Part shown: positions 61,993-64,000 of the stretch, in pieces | How the letters are laid out: every line of letters begins with the position of its first letter | Numbering within the stretch: the stretch's first letter is position 1 | Source: Chloroflexota bacterium | GTDB lineage: Bacteria; Chloroflexota; Dehalococcoidia; SM23-28-2; RBG-16-64-32 | Direction: 5' to 3' | Length of the DNA stretch: 64,000 bases | Assembly (NCBI GenBank): GCA_037441345.1 | Contig: JBBISJ010000006.1 | Coordinates: forward strand, 3,530-67,529 | The notes under the pieces: model-generated | The model's input: only the letters and a program-made list of their open reading frames with translations | Told to the model about the DNA's origin: nothing | Database searches by the model: none | Translations under genes and position numbers: made by a program

Positions 61993-62918
61993 GTTACGTT
62001 GAGAGCGTCCAGCAGGGTGCGGGCCAACTCAGTCTTCTTTTCCATGGTGCTCATTATCGTGTCCGTCACGACGGCCTGCACACCCAGTTCCTCGATCGCC
62101 GGGGCAAGTTCTGCGTCGACGGTGTCGATAACCAGAACATCAAGGAAGTCCTTGTAGAGCCGGGCAACTGCAACAACGCTCGCCTCCAGCCCCTTGTCGC
62201 GCAGCATACGGTCGGCGGGACCCTTCAAGGTCTTGCCGCCGACGATTGGGCTGACGGCGCCCACCAAACCGGCCGTGTCGCGGAGCGCCTCTCGCACGCC
62301 CGGGACCGCCAGGATAGGGCCGATGCTGACAAGCGGGTTCGAGGGGGTCAGGAGGACCGCCTGTGCCATCCTGATTGACTGGATCACACCCGGGGCGGGG
62401 GCGGCCGCCTCCACGCCGTCGAAACTGATCTCCCAAGCGTGACCTTCCGTCCGCCGCTTAACGAAGTACTCTTGGAAGTCCACCACGGCGTCGTCGGTGC
62501 GGATCTTTGTCCGCAGCCGGTCGTTCGTAACGGGCGTTATCGCCACGGGGACGAGCAAAGCCGTGGCCAGCTCGGCGGTGGCTTCCGCCAGCGATTTGCC
62601 CTTGCGGAGGAGATGCGTGCGGGTGATGCAGGTGGCGAGGTCGCGATCTCCAAGTTGAAACCAGGTGTCGTACCCGTAGCGGCCCATCGCCTTGAGCACG
62701 TTGAACGTGTCGCCCTTGACGCCAAAGCCGCGCTCCTCATCTGCCAGGCCGGCAAGGTGGTAGAGGACGATGTCAATGTCCGGCGAGACATGCAGGCCGA
62801 AGAACTCGGCGTCATCACCGACGTTCGAAATAACCGTAATGTCGGAAGGCGGATGCGCTGCCACAAGCCCCTGGATGAAGCGGGCGGCGCCCACACCGCC
62901 GGCGAGAACCGCGATCAT
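61989..62918 (-). CDS. cofD: 2-phospho-L-lactate transferase CofD/FbiA
   Basis: MIAVLAGGVGAARFIQGL...GDRDLATCITRTHLL...LLTPSNPLVSIGPILAVPGV. Confidence 0.85.
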   Translation of the reverse strand: MIAVLAGGVGAARFIQGLVAAHPPSDITVISNVGDDAEFFGLHVSPDIDIVLYHLAGLADEERGFGVKGDTFNVLKAMGRYGYDTWFQLGDRDLATCITRTHLLRKGKSLAEATAELATALLVPVAITPVTNDRLRTKIRTDDAVVDFQEYFVKRRTEGHAWEISFDGVEAAAPAPGVIQSIRMAQAVLLTPSNPLVSIGPILAVPGVREALRDTAGLVGAVSPIVGGKTLKGPADRMLRDKGLEASVVAVARLYKDFLDVLVIDTVDAELAPAIEELGVQAVVTDTIMSTMEKKTELARTLLDALNVT

Positions 62919-62990
62919 AGGCCCGGCGGGAGAAGGTTGTTACGCATCATCGTGCCAATCCGCACAGCAGCCGTCCCCGGAACTACGCCC

Positions 62991-63464
62991 TCAGCGTGCG
63001 TCCCAGAGCTGCCGGGTTAGAGTTACGTGGGCGACGTGCTGACTGAAGTGCTCTACCGCGTGAAGGAGTGCATAGGCCGCCGGTATGTAAGGCGGGAGGT
63101 CAGGGTCCGGCGGGATGAGCGCGCGGCGGTTTTCCGCCCAGTTAACTTCGCCCGCGCCGTCCAGCAGCCCCAGGATCTGACCGCCGAGGTCGTCGATGAG
63201 GGCGAGGAGTTCGCCGGCGTTGTGTGCCCGCGCGACGAACTCCGGATCCCTATCTCGCTCAGGCAGGGGAGCGCCGGCCGCGATGCAGAGCCAAGAGCGA
63301 GTGCTGTTCAGCGTGTGGGTGAGAAGGACCGCGACTGAGTTTGTGTCCTCTCCCGCCGGCGCCCAGTTGACGGCTTCGTCCGGAAGGCCCTGGACGGCGG
63401 ACCGGAACTCGTCGAGGTAGTCCCCCAGGATGTGGCGCGCGGAGGCGAGAAACGGGTCGGGCAT
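62991..63464 (-). CDS. DinB-family (DinB_2 / mycothiol-maleylpyruvate-isomerase N-terminal-like) protein
   Basis: HILGDYLDEFRSAV...LLTHTLNSTRSWL...HAVEHFSQHVAHV (three-His metal site pattern). Confidence 0.6.
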   Translation of the reverse strand: MPDPFLASARHILGDYLDEFRSAVQGLPDEAVNWAPAGEDTNSVAVLLTHTLNSTRSWLCIAAGAPLPERDRDPEFVARAHNAGELLALIDDLGGQILGLLDGAGEVNWAENRRALIPPDPDLPPYIPAAYALLHAVEHFSQHVAHVTLTRQLWDAR

Positions 63465-63477
63465 GTCGCTGTTGATG

Positions 63478-63753
63478 CTACACCGCGAGTTCGACGACCG
63501 TCACGCCTTCTCCGCCGGCATTGGGCGACGCGGGGAAGAAGCGAACGACCGTTGGGTGGTGGGCCAGCATATCGCGGACGGCGGACCGCAGCGTGCCGGT
63601 ACCCTTGCCGTGGTTGATGCGGATAAATCGCTCGCGGAACCGAATGGCATCGTTGATCTCCACTGAAAGGCGCAGCAGCGCATCGTCCACGATCATCCCG
63701 TGCAGGTCAATCTCCTTCCCGTCAATCGGGCGTAGAGGCCGGTCCTTCCGCAC
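63478..63753 (-). CDS. Smr-domain protein (small MutS-related nuclease domain)
   Basis: IDLHGMIVDDALLRL...INHGKGTGTLRSAVRDML (Smr LDLHG / HGKG signatures). Confidence 0.7.
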   Translation of the reverse strand: MRKDRPLRPIDGKEIDLHGMIVDDALLRLSVEINDAIRFRERFIRINHGKGTGTLRSAVRDMLAHHPTVVRFFPASPNAGGEGVTVVELAV

Positions 63754-63754
63754 T

Positions 63755-64000
63755 TCAGACCGTCAATTCCACGATAGTGACGCCATCCCCGCCGGCGCGC
63801 TGTTCCGCAGGGGCCTGACCACGCACGAGGGTGTGTTTGCGGAGCAAATCCCTAACCGCGGCCCGAAGCGCGCCCGTGCCCTTGCCGTGGATGATTCGCA
63901 TCTCGGCGACGCCCGAACGGACAGCTTCGTCGAGCCGCTGGTCGACAAGAGACAGGGCCTCATCAACCGTCATGCCCCGCAGGTCAAGCTCAGGCGGTAG
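63755..64000 (-). CDS. Smr-domain protein, paralog (5' end outside the window)
   Basis: LDLRGMTVDEALSLV...IIHGKGTGALRAAVRDLL; the frame is open to the window edge. Confidence 0.65.
   Translation of the reverse strand, partial: LPPELDLRGMTVDEALSLVDQRLDEAVRSGVAEMRIIHGKGTGALRAAVRDLLRKHTLVRGQAPAEQRAGGDGVTIVELTV

Overview
This is a high-GC (~67%) bacterial chromosomal segment. The dense coenzyme-F420 gene content and codon usage suggest an actinobacterial or Chloroflexi/Thermomicrobia-like organism; this is inference only. It is mostly housekeeping DNA. Recognisable genes include the mutS 3' end, mutL, a split cobalamin-independent methionine synthase, and an FTR1 iron permease paired with a cupredoxin lipoprotein. 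Also present are a Crp/Fnr regulator, a DapL-like aminotransferase, the tmRNA gene (ssrA) with smpB, a CtpA protease and tRNA-Val. The translation operon thrS-infC-rpmI-rplT is followed by a tRNA with anticodon UAU and by pheST. An arsR-arsM pair lies next to an orphan NarG-like molybdoenzyme. Further along are galK with a GH36 alpha-galactosidase, purB-purC-(PPOX)-(DinB)-purS, fpg, gltX, a sortase, and an F420 biosynthesis cluster (cofD-cofC plus a nitroreductase-like gene). The window ends in two tandem Smr-domain genes. No CRISPR array, rRNA, transposase or intact prophage was recognised. The unusual material is mostly non-coding or small. (1) A low-GC, frameshifted gene sits between smpB and ssrA. 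(2) The thrS-infC spacer is about 970 bp and carries a GIY-YIG pseudogene, hairpin repeats and a 14-copy heptamer repeat. (3) GAACAAT arrays with an 8-bp period recur at four intergenic loci around pur and F420-type genes. (4) A 30-nt palindrome is duplicated. (5) A (TCGACCC)x4 repeat abuts the gltX start codon. (6) A 519-aa protein is built from about ten 24-residue Trp-initiated repeats. (7) A small LPXTG protein is split across two frames at a CCT run. Many long overlapping ORFs in the supplied track are high-GC antisense artefacts and are not reported.
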